Assembly: GCF_902459465.1 (NCBI RefSeq)
Contig: NC_047080.1
Location: 1,612,001-1,676,000, forward strand
Direction of reading: 5' to 3'
DNA: 64,000 nucleotides
DNA from: Asterias rubens
Lineage: Eukaryota
Shown here: in pieces, positions 51,071 to 63,415 of the stretch
Position numbering within the stretch: the first letter of the stretch is position 1
How the letters are laid out: every line of letters starts with the position of its first letter
The notes under the pieces: generated by a model
The model's database searches: none
What the model saw: only the letters and a program-made list of their open reading frames with translations
Told to the model about the DNA's origin: nothing
Translations under genes and position numbers: made by a program

Positions 51071-51964
51071 ATAATAGCAATCCACACAACAAATTATTTT
51101 GGGGAACCTGGAACTGTGGGATAACACACACAAAAAAAACGATATGGTTTAATGCAAGAAGCACAGGAAACAGTTCCAATTGCGCCGGACGAGACAAGGG
51201 ACCGGAAAAAAAATATATCACTTGTTGGTTGAGAATTATCATCATGGTGGTTACACAGAGTTCATAACAAGTATTTATTCCCATGTCGTTAAACTATAAC
51301 ATAGATATAGCGTCTAGCGTCAGGCACATATTATGAGTACATCCATACAAAGACAATTAATCATCGGGGTTTTTCATGCTTCCAAAGCATGGCATAAGGA
51401 TACGATCAATCTGGACACTGGACGGCAACACAGCAGTCAATGCACGCACTATGTTCTCTCTGACATCATTAGACACATACATTGCACAGAATGAATGTCA
51501 CATTTAAATATTATGAGGTAACAAATTCTAACATGTATCATCGAGGGAAATACAAAACAACGGGCCTTTCTTTAGGTTTTTCTTATGGACCAGACTATTT
51601 GTTACAAGACAAGACAGAAAAAAAAATAAGAAGAAAGAAAAAATCTGTCTACACATAATCAAAATGTTTTTACTTGATTGGCAAGCACTAACGGAAGATT
51701 TATCTCCTTTGTCTGAAATGAGTAATATTTTCAGCTATTTATCAGATTCAGAATCAACATTTGAGCATAATTGTTAAAAGTATCGATGAGGTTGAGGGTT
51801 ATTATTTTAAAATCATACAATATTGACAGCCTTTTGTACTTGTTCGGTTGTTACTGTTAGTTTACTGGCCCAATGCTCAAAACACTGGCCTCTGGCAATA
51901 CCTGACCACCAAAAATATTCTGTTATTATGTAAAAAATTATTATATCTCAGCCAATGAGTTTAT

Positions 51965-52002
51965 GCCCCTGACAAAGGTCCAGCTGGATCGAAAGCTAGG
52001 GC
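51965..52002 (+). ncRNA. Minimal hammerhead motif with a G8>A change
   Basis: gccc-CUGACAA-A-GGUCC(agcu)GGAUC-GAAA-GC-UA^gggc. Helix I has 4 bp and stem III is the palindrome AGCU. Confidence 0.6.
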
Positions 52003-54049
52003 CATCTTCTCAAATAAGTTTTTTTCAATGATTTGTTTTTAAACTGTAGGACATTCTGGACCAAAACCTGTGGATATTATGCTGAAGCATGCTGAATTGA
52101 AACAGGGTCTTCAAAATGTTTTCCACTTGGTGTTTATCTTGATTTTAAAAGCCCTTTTGTGCAATAAGACATTCTATATGGTTTTTTTCCTGATATTTTT
52201 TGTGTATTTTTGTCCTTCTTTTCTGTATCGGCCGGAATTGTGCGCGTATGAGCACGTGATTCGCGCAATACACTATCTTGTACATTATTAAGTTGAACCC
52301 TTTATATAATAATATTAATTATCTTATTTACAATTCCCAAGATGGAAATAATTTTGAGGGGGTGGCTGTTGATCAATAGAGGTTTTTCTCCATCTTCCTG
52401 TGGGAGCCTCAAACGAGTCAAAAAAAAAATGAAAAGTGAAAACTGCAGTTTCTCAAAAAGCCTTATCTTTTTGTGTTGTAGTCTCTTTTTCCTGGACAGT
52501 CGCAATTTTTTTTTACTTTCGGTTTTATTCCTTCAAGCGTAATTGTAAGGAAGCTGTTGACAAGATGACTTCAGGTTTGCATCCTCTTCGGACTGTCGGG
52601 GAATTGGTTTGTTTAATCTTTCATGTTTTTTTCTCTTTATCTTCTTCCTTTTTTTTTTTTTTTTGCATTGAATCTTTTCTGCCAGACAGCCGGATGTTTA
52701 CAAGAATTTATAATTCAAAAGTGTAATTCTGAAAAATATTTGTACAGATATTAAAGATTAAAGCTGATCATTCATATAAGACAGACAAATTAAAAAGATT
52801 TTCAGCTCAAACTTTCAATTGTACCGCCCTAGATAACTATGCCTATAAATCAGCATTAACACATTTAACAAAAAAATCTATAAACCTTCCATTAAAACAA
52901 AATTTCCAAAATGTTAAGTTAAAATATTTATTTATTTTCTGTGATTATTGTATGATCTGTGGATCAATTCTTAAAATAAAAAATTTAAAAAGCAGATCCA
53001 AAGCGATGAACCTCATTTGAAAAGGATTTTATTTCTCATAAATTTACTTCATATTTAACTGCTACTGCAATAAATTTATAGACAATGGACACTACGGGTA
53101 AAATTAATCTTCATTTCTGATAAAAATTACAGACAATCCACTCTTAATAATACAAAATATTGCACCATGATCCTGCTGCATACTGGTTTCCATGTGTTCG
53201 TTAGTCTATATTACCATCCGTAAGTATTTCACAGGAACTGGCGTACGTCATTTTGGTTGCCTTTTTCTCGTAATACCGATTGCTTTTTTTCTTTTCTCGG
53301 TAGCCATGTAAGTCAGAGTGGATTGGTGACCACGTCTAGCAAGCAGCATCAATTAACTCTGTGTGCGTAACAGATTCCCCCCCCCTTCTCACCGAGTCCG
53401 ACACCCGACTTCAGTGCTGATAAACTATGGAAACAGATCTGGCAGAGGCAATAAGCAGGACCTATTTAACGGCAGGATTGGGCTGCCATGAATCATTGAT
53501 TTTATTTGTGAGGGCTGTTTGCCGTGACAGATGTGTTACAAACAGGCAAACAAGTAAGGCAAAAGGGGCGACGAGTTCAGAAAGTCAGGTTTTTTTTCTC
53601 TCACATTTTTGTTCTCTTTTTTTTTCCAACAGGGGTGTGTTGAAGTCATCGACGGCTTGTTGGTTAACTGAACTAATCTGTACAGGATGAAGTTTTTTTC
53701 CGAAACTCCAGTTTACATTTCAATCTGTTTTATATGTTGGTGAGGTATTCTCAAGCTGGGAAAATTATGGGTGAAATTTGGGTGGAAATTGTTGACATCA
53801 ATTGACATCAAAAATTAAGTTGTCTGACTTGAGTTGGGGGGTTTTTTTTTCTGCGGAAGTTATTGTGACTGAATTCCCTAATGTGTTTAATTACTGGATT
53901 GACATCAGTGTGTGGTCTATCCACGAAACCGCAAGATGTATGCAAATAATGGCGTATGATGTTTTGATTATATACAATTATCAAAAGCCATTGAGAAAAA
54001 GGATAAAGGCATAACGCTGATCAAATATAAAAACTGTGTTGAGGCTTAC

Positions 54050-54971
54050 CTTCGAGCATCATTCCCATGTGTAGACATTTCTGAAACCGGCAATATTGAC
54101 AACGATTCCGTTGGGCTTTTGTTACTTCACAATTTCCGCTCCCGACACAAGTGTATACTCTTTTGTTCTGAACTGTTCTTTTAAAGAAACCCTTGCACCC
54201 CTCGCAGGTTATGATGCCGTAGTGCAACCCTGTGGCTTTGTCGCAGCAGATGCTGCACAGCATCAACGAGTCGTCCTCGTCTGAATTGCTCTCCTCGCTG
54301 TGGCCCTGGCTGTCCAGCCCGGAGACGGCGCTCTCCGACTGCGATCTGACTTTGAGTTCGTTCTCGCGCAGGAACTGGTGCGTCTGGAACGGCAGTTGCG
54401 GCGGGAACGGGAAACGTGTCGCTGCGGAGAACGGGATCCCGGCAGTGAACGGTGGGAAAAGAAAGTTCCCGTTTGGGAGTGATGGTGGGAGGAATGCACC
54501 CGGGGTGGGAAGACTGGGCGACGGTGAGGGTTGACAACTTGGGGAGGGGAGGACGGTGAAGGGACTGAGGCCACAGAGTGGGGAGTCCATGCCTCCGAGG
54601 GATTGGCGCTGGCTTTTCATCAACAAACCCTCGCTGGTTCTTGGTGTGACCTGTCCGACGCTCGTTGGGATAAGTCCGGGGACCATCAGTAATGGGGGTG
54701 GGGGAAGTGGGGGGCGGCAGTGAATTGGGTTTGCGTCCATTGAAGACTCCTCGCTGAGAAATACTTCGTCCTTGCTGGGGCTTTTGGCAAGGGGGGAGAT
54801 GGACATGCGGTCCTCCCCTTTGTAGAGTCCACTCCAGCGTTTGGTCGGTGGGAGTTTCTTGAAGATGGGCTCATTGTTGTTGTTGTTGTTACAGATGGCG
54901 TCCATCTTTGGTGATTTACACATGAGGTATGGTCTGTCGGCGAACTCCATGTCTACTGAAGAACGCTTCAT
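54050..54971 (-). CDS. NR6A1: NR6A/GCNF/HR4-type nuclear receptor, first coding exon: ~238-aa Pro/Ser-rich A/B region plus both C4 zinc fingers
   Basis: [66 protein letters not shown] closely matches the HR4/NR6A DNA-binding domain. Acceptor tttcag| at 54989, ATG at 54971, donor GAAG|gtaagc at 54050 (phase 1). Confidence 0.95.
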
Positions 54972-55037
54972 TTTGTGTTGGGAGGAAATCTGAAATGATA
55001 GAAATAAAAACAAACAAGAAATTAAATAACACAATAA

Positions 55038-55140
55038 TTTACTCATACTGTGGCCTGTCGTGGCCAAGTGGTTACGAGCACAGAACTTAAGCTCTGATGT
55101 TTCTGATCAACAAAGTGTGGGTTCGAGTCCCGGTTGTGAG
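55038..55140 (+). mobile_element. tRNA-derived SINE head, with a likely SINE body at ~55550-55745
   Basis: A box TGGCCAAGTGG and B box GGTTCGAGTCC, separated by a long insert that rules out a real tRNA. Confidence 0.7.
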
Positions 55141-56237
55141 CAAAGGTCAGATCTAGCGTGTCCTTGTCAGCATTTAAGACTCTTCTTCTCCAATTTTACA
55201 GGGACAAGTTTGCATCTGACTTTTCAGCGGATGATGTCTGCACTTGGGTGTCGCACTGCCATTGCTCTTCTTGTCGTCTGTAATTGTCAGTCCCGCCTTA
55301 AAGCGCTCCCTCTTTTTTGTGGGTTGGGTGGTTTTTTGCTATGGGGTGGGTTTCAGGGGACATTTCTTGTGACAGGACGGCTTTGTAGAGGTGCTGGTCA
55401 CCTGTTCCTCCTCGTCACTCACTGGCTTGGTATTTTTTATAGCTAATTTGATTCTTTATTTCTTTATGTATCGATTTGTATTTCTATATTTTTATGCCAG
55501 TGTAAAGTCTAATAAAACTAAAACTAAAACTAAAATTGATTTGTCCTTCAGATGGGACGTTAAGCCATAGGTGCTGCATACTACAGATGGTAGTGTACGT
55601 AAAAGAACCCAGAACACTTTTTCAAGGAAGACAAGGGTTTAACCCAAGTGTTTCTGGTTCACAAAGCAAGCACCTTCGTTAACAGGTTTCCTCAGGCTTG
55701 CGAGCTACAGTGATTAAGTTCACTTACTGTATGAGGCATCCTTGGTTTTCATGATCAGAAATACATTATAAAATAATACCTTGGCATAATTCTACAGCGT
55801 GTTGATTGCATAGGTCAATTTGTAAATAATACACAGACAAAATAAACAATGTATAAGCAATGACAAATTTGTACAAATTGAAATTGACACCATCATATAA
55901 TTTAAAACAGACCCTTTTGGCATCAATTCCAGATGCCACAATTAATCTACCAATATCAATTTGCCAATTTTTTCTACATATCAAAAAAATGTATCGGAGG
56001 GAGAAAAAAACTTAAAACGGTTGTTGGACAGACCTAGTTACAGCATCAATCATTTTTAAAATCAATCATAGAAGAATCGCATGTCAGTTTAGTTTAACAC
56101 TGCATCACAAAACGTCTGTAAATTTGCATTAATTTTCCATTACACTGTATGTATACAGTTGTAGAAATCTAACAGGTATAAAGCCTAATGCGTTTTTGCT
56201 AAATTCAGACGGAACTTAGCATTGGGGCTGAGTATCA

Positions 56238-56345
56238 GTGTCTCTGTGGTCAAAGGGTTATACTGCTGGACTTGCAATCACAAAGTTGTGGGTTCGAATC
56301 CAGCCAAGCTAACTGCTGATTTTACAACGACTATTGAATAAGTAT
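56238..56345 (+). mobile_element. tRNA-derived SINE
   Basis: tggtcaaagggtta ... ggttcgaatcc. Acceptor and anticodon stems do not pair. Confidence 0.6.
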
Positions 56346-57365
56346 TGTTGTCTAGTCAATTTCTTGATTTGTGCAGTTCATAATCATAAATGTTAAACCA
56401 CTTTTTATGAGAGAGATTGGCTGATGCCAGCTTGGTATTAATAGTTATCACTTTAGTGGAAGCTTTGCCAAGTTCTTTTGGTAAGAAAATTGTCTACACA
56501 AACAAACAATAAATAAGTTTATTGTAATTTCCTTTGTATGATTGGAAAGTCGCTACCCATTGTTGTTTGTTTCGTTGTATGACAAGGCTGTTTGGGTTTT
56601 TCAAGGAAAGTAAAGAGCCATAATTTGTATCTACACGGAAAATAATAAATTAAAGGATTGATCATCAATAAAAACTTATTAATTTCTATTTGTTTCAATT
56701 CATAACAATATCAAGAAAACAATTTGAATTTGCTACTCCAAAAAATCAACTATGCAATATACCTTGAAATATTGAATTTATGATGTCAAATAAAACGGGA
56801 TCTTTGCAGCATGCCCAGCCGTGACAGCTATGGAGTCTTTAAAAGTTTCAGTTCATGTTCTAAAATTTGTTTATACTATGGAGGTTGACAGAGATGAATA
56901 TTGCATCGTTTTAAAGAATAAATGATTAACTTATAGAGGCATATTTCATCACTCGCTTCATTTTTAGTAAAACTGCATATCATTTTAACAGAAGTTACCT
57001 TAAAACTATCATTGCACTAATGGAAAGAAATAATTTCTGATGATGACTAATTTTGTCTGTGTTTTTAAATGATAATTAAAAATCCAATAAAAAAGCTATT
57101 ATGTGAAATAAAATTATTTATAGCTTTTTGTATGTGGGTTGTTTTAGTCTCTTCTTTTTATTGCCTTCTCAAAACTACCAGCATGTTTTTGTATTACTTA
57201 TTGAATGAAATAAACAATTTTTAGTATCTTCAAAAACCGGGTGGGGTTGAGTGCTAAGAAAATGTTACATAACAACTATGTTTTTAATGAGGAACAATTT
57301 CTCTGCAAGTCGATCACACAAAATAATATGGGGAAACAGAAAACAACCCATTTGTAAAATGAGTT

Positions 57366-57677
57366 TTAAGGCACTGGACACCTTCGGTAATATTGTGAAA
57401 GACCAGTCTTTTCACTTGGTGTATCCCAACATATGCATAATTTAACAATAAATCTGTGAAAATTTTGACTCAATTGGTCACCGAAGTTGCAAGAGAATAA
57501 TATGAATGAAAAACACCCTTATTGCAAAAATTTGTGAGCTTTCAGATGCCTTAGAAGAGCTGTTTCTCACAACATTTTATACAATCAGCTGCTCTTCATT
57601 GCTCATTACCAAGTAAGTTTTTGTGCTAACAATTATTTTGATTAATTACAGTAGCAATAGTGTCCAGTGCGTTTTAA
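57366..57677. mobile_element. Full TTAA MITE copy
   Basis: ttaaggcactggacacc ... caatagtgtccagtgcgttttaa. Confidence 0.8.
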
Positions 57678-58199
57678 ACCATGTGTACATAGAAAAACAT
57701 GTTGTTCTTGAATTTGCTACACAGCCTTCAGCAAGGAGAACAAACAAAAACTTTAAATACTCGGACCAAACAGAGTCTTCAATCAAAATTAACACAAAGA
57801 AAACATATCAGGGGGGGGGGCTCTCTATTCTGATTTTATTTGGCATGTTTGAATCGGTTATTGTGACTGACCTGTGTCTTTTTTCTTTCTTTTTCTCAGT
57901 TGAGTCCCAACCTTTCAAGCGTTGTGTGAATAATTCATACAACTGTTATAGACTGAACTTTGATCGTGATCCGGCATAAAGCCACTTTCAAAATTACCCT
58001 AGAAAAGACGCCAGACCACGAAGGGAACTGTTTGCAAAGAATATTGGAGTCTTTGGAATGATTACAAAGGTTACAAGCTATTTTAAACAGGGGACAACTC
58101 CCCACAGTGCAAGACTGCACTTTGTAATAAGTTTGTTCTTACCAAAAGAAACCCTATCCAAAAAAAACTTACGCAAAATAAAAATGATTTGGGGGTTGA

Positions 58200-58250
58200 A
58201 AAAAGAATTGACTCGAGTGGAATTCGAACCAACAACCTCCGGATTAACGG
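58200..58250 (-). mobile_element. SINE head fragment
   Basis: The minus strand reads ccgttaatccggaggttgttggttcgaattccactcgagt (B box), similar to the 26330 family. Confidence 0.55.
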
Positions 58251-58723
58251 AAAATAAAAATGTAAATTTGATCGTCAGATTACCCACAAATAAGTATAAT
58301 TTGATTTCTTAAAAACTGCAACAAAAGGCAAACAAAATAATATTTTTCTGTGAACAAGGAAATGAAAAACCTTGACAAATTGATGAAATGTGCAATCACC
58401 CATTTGTTAAAAAAAAAAATGGTGTTGGTTTAAAGAGCAGGTTATCCAATAAAATTTAAGATTTGTTTTCAATTTTGCAAGCAATTCTTTTTTCATTTTA
58501 AGTTCAGTTTATGAAATAAATATTTCAAAATATTTTCGTCTTCTTTTGTTTTGTTTAACAAAGCATCTAGCTCGCAACATCCTTTGTTTTTCAAGTTGAA
58601 AGTATCCATTGTTTTAAAAATTAATGTTTCACGAACAACAACAAATTTCGACATGAGCAGAAAAAAATTATGAAGTAATCGAAAAGTCTACAAAGCCAAA
58701 AGTGAGTAAAATAGACTACCTAC

Positions 58724-59335
58724 CTTTATTGACCTGGGTCAAAGAGATGAAAAATGAGCAATTTGACCGGTGTTTTTCACTGGGAAGATACCCGGGTGTT
58801 CCTGTCTGATGTTGAACCCGATGCCCGCTGGAATTAATGGTACATGATTTTCAGTCGACCCGGAATGTACTTTTCTCCGATGAAATATGACTCCCGGGAG
58901 AAAAATATATTTTATCATCGACGAAAACAGGTACAAATCTCCAAATATCGTTCCTCAATCTTTACATGTTTCAGGTCAACAATTTCCCAGATAAATATGA
59001 GATGATATTTGGAGGTGATTTTAAATTACGGAAGAAACGTAGACTTCAATTCAACCTGGATCTCTTTCTGTAGTTTTTGTTCACCTCGGAAATCGAAAAG
59101 ACCAGCAAATTATTCGGTGAGCGACATCAGCAGCAAGTCGCGGGCGGGGAAGAAGCCGTTTTTCCTGGGGAGCTTTCACCGGGCACAAGTCCGTGGAAAC
59201 TGAATTCACCTTGATCGTGACAAATACTTTGAGGTGTTTTTTCTTTCTCTCCACGGTGCAGGGCAGGCAGCCGGCTTGCTTTAGCCAAGGCACAGCTAGC
59301 AGGAACGGTCGTTTCCAGTCGAGTCAACTACCCGA
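58724..59335 (-). other. Candidate alternative 5'-UTR exon of NR6A
   Basis: Donor AAAG|gtaggt at 58724 and a CpG-rich block at 59080-59400. An in-frame TGA lies 15 nt before the donor. The 5' boundary is uncertain. Confidence 0.35.
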
Positions 59336-59509
59336 AGCCCGTGAGTCGCGCACTCTGTGAGGGCAGAGCTCTGCGATCAACGACCCCGGCCCAGGCGAAC
59401 GAGCCATGGCCTACATTCATAATATTAAAGCAGGGTAGGCAACCCCATATACTAAACAAAACAAAACATAACAAAATGAAAAACATCATAAATACTCATT
59501 CAATCTTAC

Positions 59510-59755
59510 CTTCGCAAAGATCCACGATCAATCCAAAACTTTTCTCCTAGATAGGGTATTTTGTGTTCCCGGGGATACTCTCCAAAAAAGATGCGATGAG
59601 ATAAAGATTTTTCCTTCTTGTGTAAAAAAAAAAAAGATCGCCCGAGTTTGTGTGTATGCGATGCGTGCACTCCTGTGCCACAGTGCGGTCTGCGTGTACG
59701 TCCGTATGTTGCATGTGTAGTGTACAGAGCAACTCGGAGTTCAAAACGGACTGAA
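59510..59755 (-). other. Candidate 5'-UTR exon of NR6A
   Basis: Strong donor GAAG|gtaaga at 59510 with GC-richer sequence upstream. An in-frame stop lies near the donor, so it is non-coding. The 5' boundary is uncertain. Confidence 0.45.
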
Positions 59756-62736
59756 ACTAGGCTATAAATACAGTGGTATTAGTAATGCTACGACGGCCGC
59801 AAAGTGCATGCGTTGTTACTAATTCATGAATACAGGTACCTCACTGTGCTGAACAGTTAGCAATGGCACAAGTTGAATGACCACACTTTCAATGTCACGT
59901 ATGATAGGCAAAACACAATGGAGCCAACTTCTTTTATACTCTTCTTTAGTTATTTTTTTTTTTCTCTCTCCTTCTTTTTCTCTCCTCACTATTGATGAGC
60001 TGATGCAATCAGCAACTGGGTAATTCCCGGGTAGCGGGGAGGGGAAAATAAGGGAACATTTTCGGCTAGACATTCTTTGGTCTCGTTAAATATTTAAACG
60101 GCAAACATGAGGTTGGGAACGAGGGTGAACAATTCTTTAAGGGATGGGATTGGGAAGTTCCATGGGGTAAATGAAGTGAAATAAATTGCGGTCGGGAGGA
60201 CCTCTGTGGTTTATTCTAATATTCAGAGAATTAGTCAGTGTTTTGGGGTCACTTGGAATGATGAATAAAACATCATCTTTCGCTGTTTTCTTTGAACTCT
60301 ATTCGATTTTGTATTTATTTATTATGTGAAATTTGTTTAGTAAACCTGGTATTATATCGGTATAAATTTATTTAAATCTTCCTAGCTCTGAACTCGTAAA
60401 TGTTTGTCCCCGTACAATTGATGTTTTATGGCCAGGCCTTAAGGCAGCAACATAAGCACTCAATATGTTATTATGGCCTAGTTCTTCATCGGGAATTGGG
60501 GCCGCAAAATAATTAAGGTTTTGCCCGCAACATATGGTAAATCGGTGATAAAAAAATATCTAAATAAATTTGTTAGCAAAATTATCCTCGATGAATGTGA
60601 AAATTAAACAGAATCTTAAATGGATTTCAACTTTAACCTAAAATTTAATATCGAACATATTCAAACATCTTAAAATTGGCACCATGCGTTTTCTCATTTT
60701 TTTTAAGTACATTACCGTTTTACGTCATTTAGCAAATCAACTTTGAGATATTGCAGTCACGGAATGAGCAAGAACAGCTCAAAAGCAGCCATGTTACGTT
60801 GGTTGCGTTCCCTTTAAAAATAATAGTTAAGAACCTGACGTTCAATTTACAAAAAGTTACCAGTTTATTTCATATTAGATTTGTAACTTGTTAGCATGAG
60901 GAAACATAAATATGGCTACCTGCTTTTTGTTCAGAAAATCCCGTTATTTTGAGCGTCTTTTAAAAAAATATTTTCGATTTTTATTTCTATATTTATTGGT
61001 ATAATATCTTTCAAGCAAACAAAAAAATCACCTCATTATAATATCAATGCTGAAACAATGCCTGATGTGATGGCTTCTCCAAAACACCGTAGTTGCTGCA
61101 AAGCATCCATTATAATACTGTCTGTTTAATTGCGCTATCAATCAACGCGCTTACGTAGTGTTAATTATTTCAGCACAGTTCGCCATCACATATTTTCGTC
61201 TCACTCAGTGAATACGTTTTAAACAATCTATAACTCAAAGAGTTTGTCACCCAAATGTTGATGGTCCATCAACATTTTTTTTTCTGAATCAAGATGCTTT
61301 CGAAAATCGGGATTGAAACTAACCAGTTGGGGATTCCATTTAGGAATACAAATAATGAGTGATTAATTAACTTGTCCTCAGAATTAAATTTATGCTGGCA
61401 ACTGTGGAGGCAAACAACCAAATATGTCGTACATCTTCATTGAATATGTTTTATGTGTTCCCATCTGTTATTTTGGGAATACATTGATGAATAATTAAAC
61501 GGGGTTTATTTTTTATGGTAGCTCACAAAACATTAACAGAGAATTTTGAGATTGGCATAACAATTTATTCGTTTATCAACAAAAGTGGTGTGAATAATAT
61601 TTTCGTCAGGAAATTTGGAAATTGAAAGCTTTGGCATCGGTTGGATACAGGTTTCTTCATGCAGTTATTGTTTTTCAAATAATATTCAACAATAGTTGAG
61701 TAATTCATGTATAACTTTAAAATAATTTAACGATACCTTTTGTTGGTTTAATTGTGTTCGAAAAAATCTATAAATCACTAAATCACAAACAAAACTATGA
61801 AATAAATAACAACTATATTTGTATCGGCTAGACTGAGACGCACAAAATGGCACGCAGAAAAAAAAACATTTTCTAGGACCCTTGATTATTTTGTACTCAT
61901 TTGTCCCTGAACGATTTTTGTGTAGTTTGTGGATCGACAGATAGCGCCACCAAGCGACGGGAACTGTTACGTAATCTAGCCTTCGGACACAGCGTACACG
62001 GCACAACGGCCGGTTGGGGACGCACTGGGTCATCTTTCGTCTTAAAAACCAATACGTGTGTTTTGCAAATTGTGAAATCTGTCCTGGCAATTGTTTAACT
62101 TGTAAAAGAGGGGATATTGTGTAACTTTGTTTATTATTGGTAATAATGTAAGTATTTATTTGTCATTAAACGCTTTTTGTCCTTTCAAAAAGGTGCCTTA
62201 CAAATGTAAGTTTCTATTATGTATGATTATAAACACGCTAACAACTAATAAACGAATACAATACAAAAGACAATAACTGATGATAGGAACTAAACAAATA
62301 CTTAAATCTAGACTAATAAAATCAGAGTTTGATATTTCTTTAATGAATAGGCAATTTAAACATAAACAAAAGCAAACTTAAAATTTCAATTACTTTAAAA
62401 AATAAGGCGCATTATTTCGATGGTTTCAAATAATGAAATAAAAAATCCCCAAAACCTAAAATTCGTTAATATCCTGAACATTTTCGCATGAAGTCGGTTA
62501 ATCTTTTTGGCAAACAAAATCTTTTAAAATCTTTTAACTTACTTAAACCAACACTTGTTGGGATAGAGATTACGGAAGTTCATTCATTTTTCTCATTTAT
62601 CAAACTTAAATTTGCGAAGACAAATGTTATTTAAGATAATCACAAAATAAAATAAATATATCCATTACTTTCCGGCCTTTAAATAAACCAGGGCCATTGT
62701 GTACGTGTGCCATATCACGCGCGTGTCCATCTTCGA

Positions 62737-62766
62737 GTTTTATATAAACCCGGCGGCCATGTTGGA
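62737..62766. promoter_or_regulatory. TATA box (readable on both strands) next to a YY1-like motif at the edge of a CpG-rich region
   Basis: gttttatataaacccggcggccatgttgg; the minus strand reads CAACATGGCCGCC. Confidence 0.35.
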
Positions 62767-63400
62767 CTATTCCTAGTGACGACAAGCTGGCTGTTTCGCA
62801 ACATGAAAGACGTCTTTATTTCCCAGTGTCCCTCCATCCATCCAACTAGCTCTCTCCTCTTAGGCTGAAGTCTCTCCGCAGGTTGCTGCAAGCCTTTTTT
62901 CTCTTCCTGCGCAGAGCTAGCTGTGCATTAGAGATTTTTTTTCTATAAGCTAGGGTCGTTGCTCGCGCGTCCCACTTTCACCGGCCAACTGGGGAGTTTG
63001 CTCATGCGCGGGGTACCGAGGAACGCCCCCAGGGCACCGCTAACCCGCTTTCCCCGCATTGCTGTCGCGTAATGTCGCTTCGGAGTCCGCTCACCCGTAC
63101 ACCGATGTACCGTCCTTTTCCCATCACAAAACCGACGGACTGACAGAGGTGATAATTGTCACAGGTCACTTTCTTATATTCTTCTCCTCCTTCTTTCACA
63201 ATCTCTCTCCCTCTCTCCTCACAAAACCAACACAGCTCAGAATAATTAACGGATGGCGATTGTTTTGTGTAATGTGTAAACACAAAAGGGGACAGAGGAA
63301 ATTAAACGTAGCAACCGACAGTTTTTTTCCCTGGGATTTACAAACCCGTCTATAAAAAACATGATTTCTTTTTCCATTCTTTCTCCCCACCGTATCTCAC

Positions 63401-63415
63401 CTCCCATCCCAACAT
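63401..63415 (-). other. Candidate coding end of a distal first exon (MLGWE) splicing in frame to 54989
   Basis: ATG TTG GGA TGG GAG|gtgaga is a phase 0 donor compatible with ATT TCC TCC CAA CAC AAA ATG. It lies in a CpG-rich region. Confidence 0.3.

Noticed and set aside
54972-55067. N-terminal extension [26 protein letters not shown] in the ORF track, resembling a signal peptide
   Set aside because: Up to 54990 it is the intron's polypyrimidine tract and SINE edge read in frame; the acceptor is at 54989.
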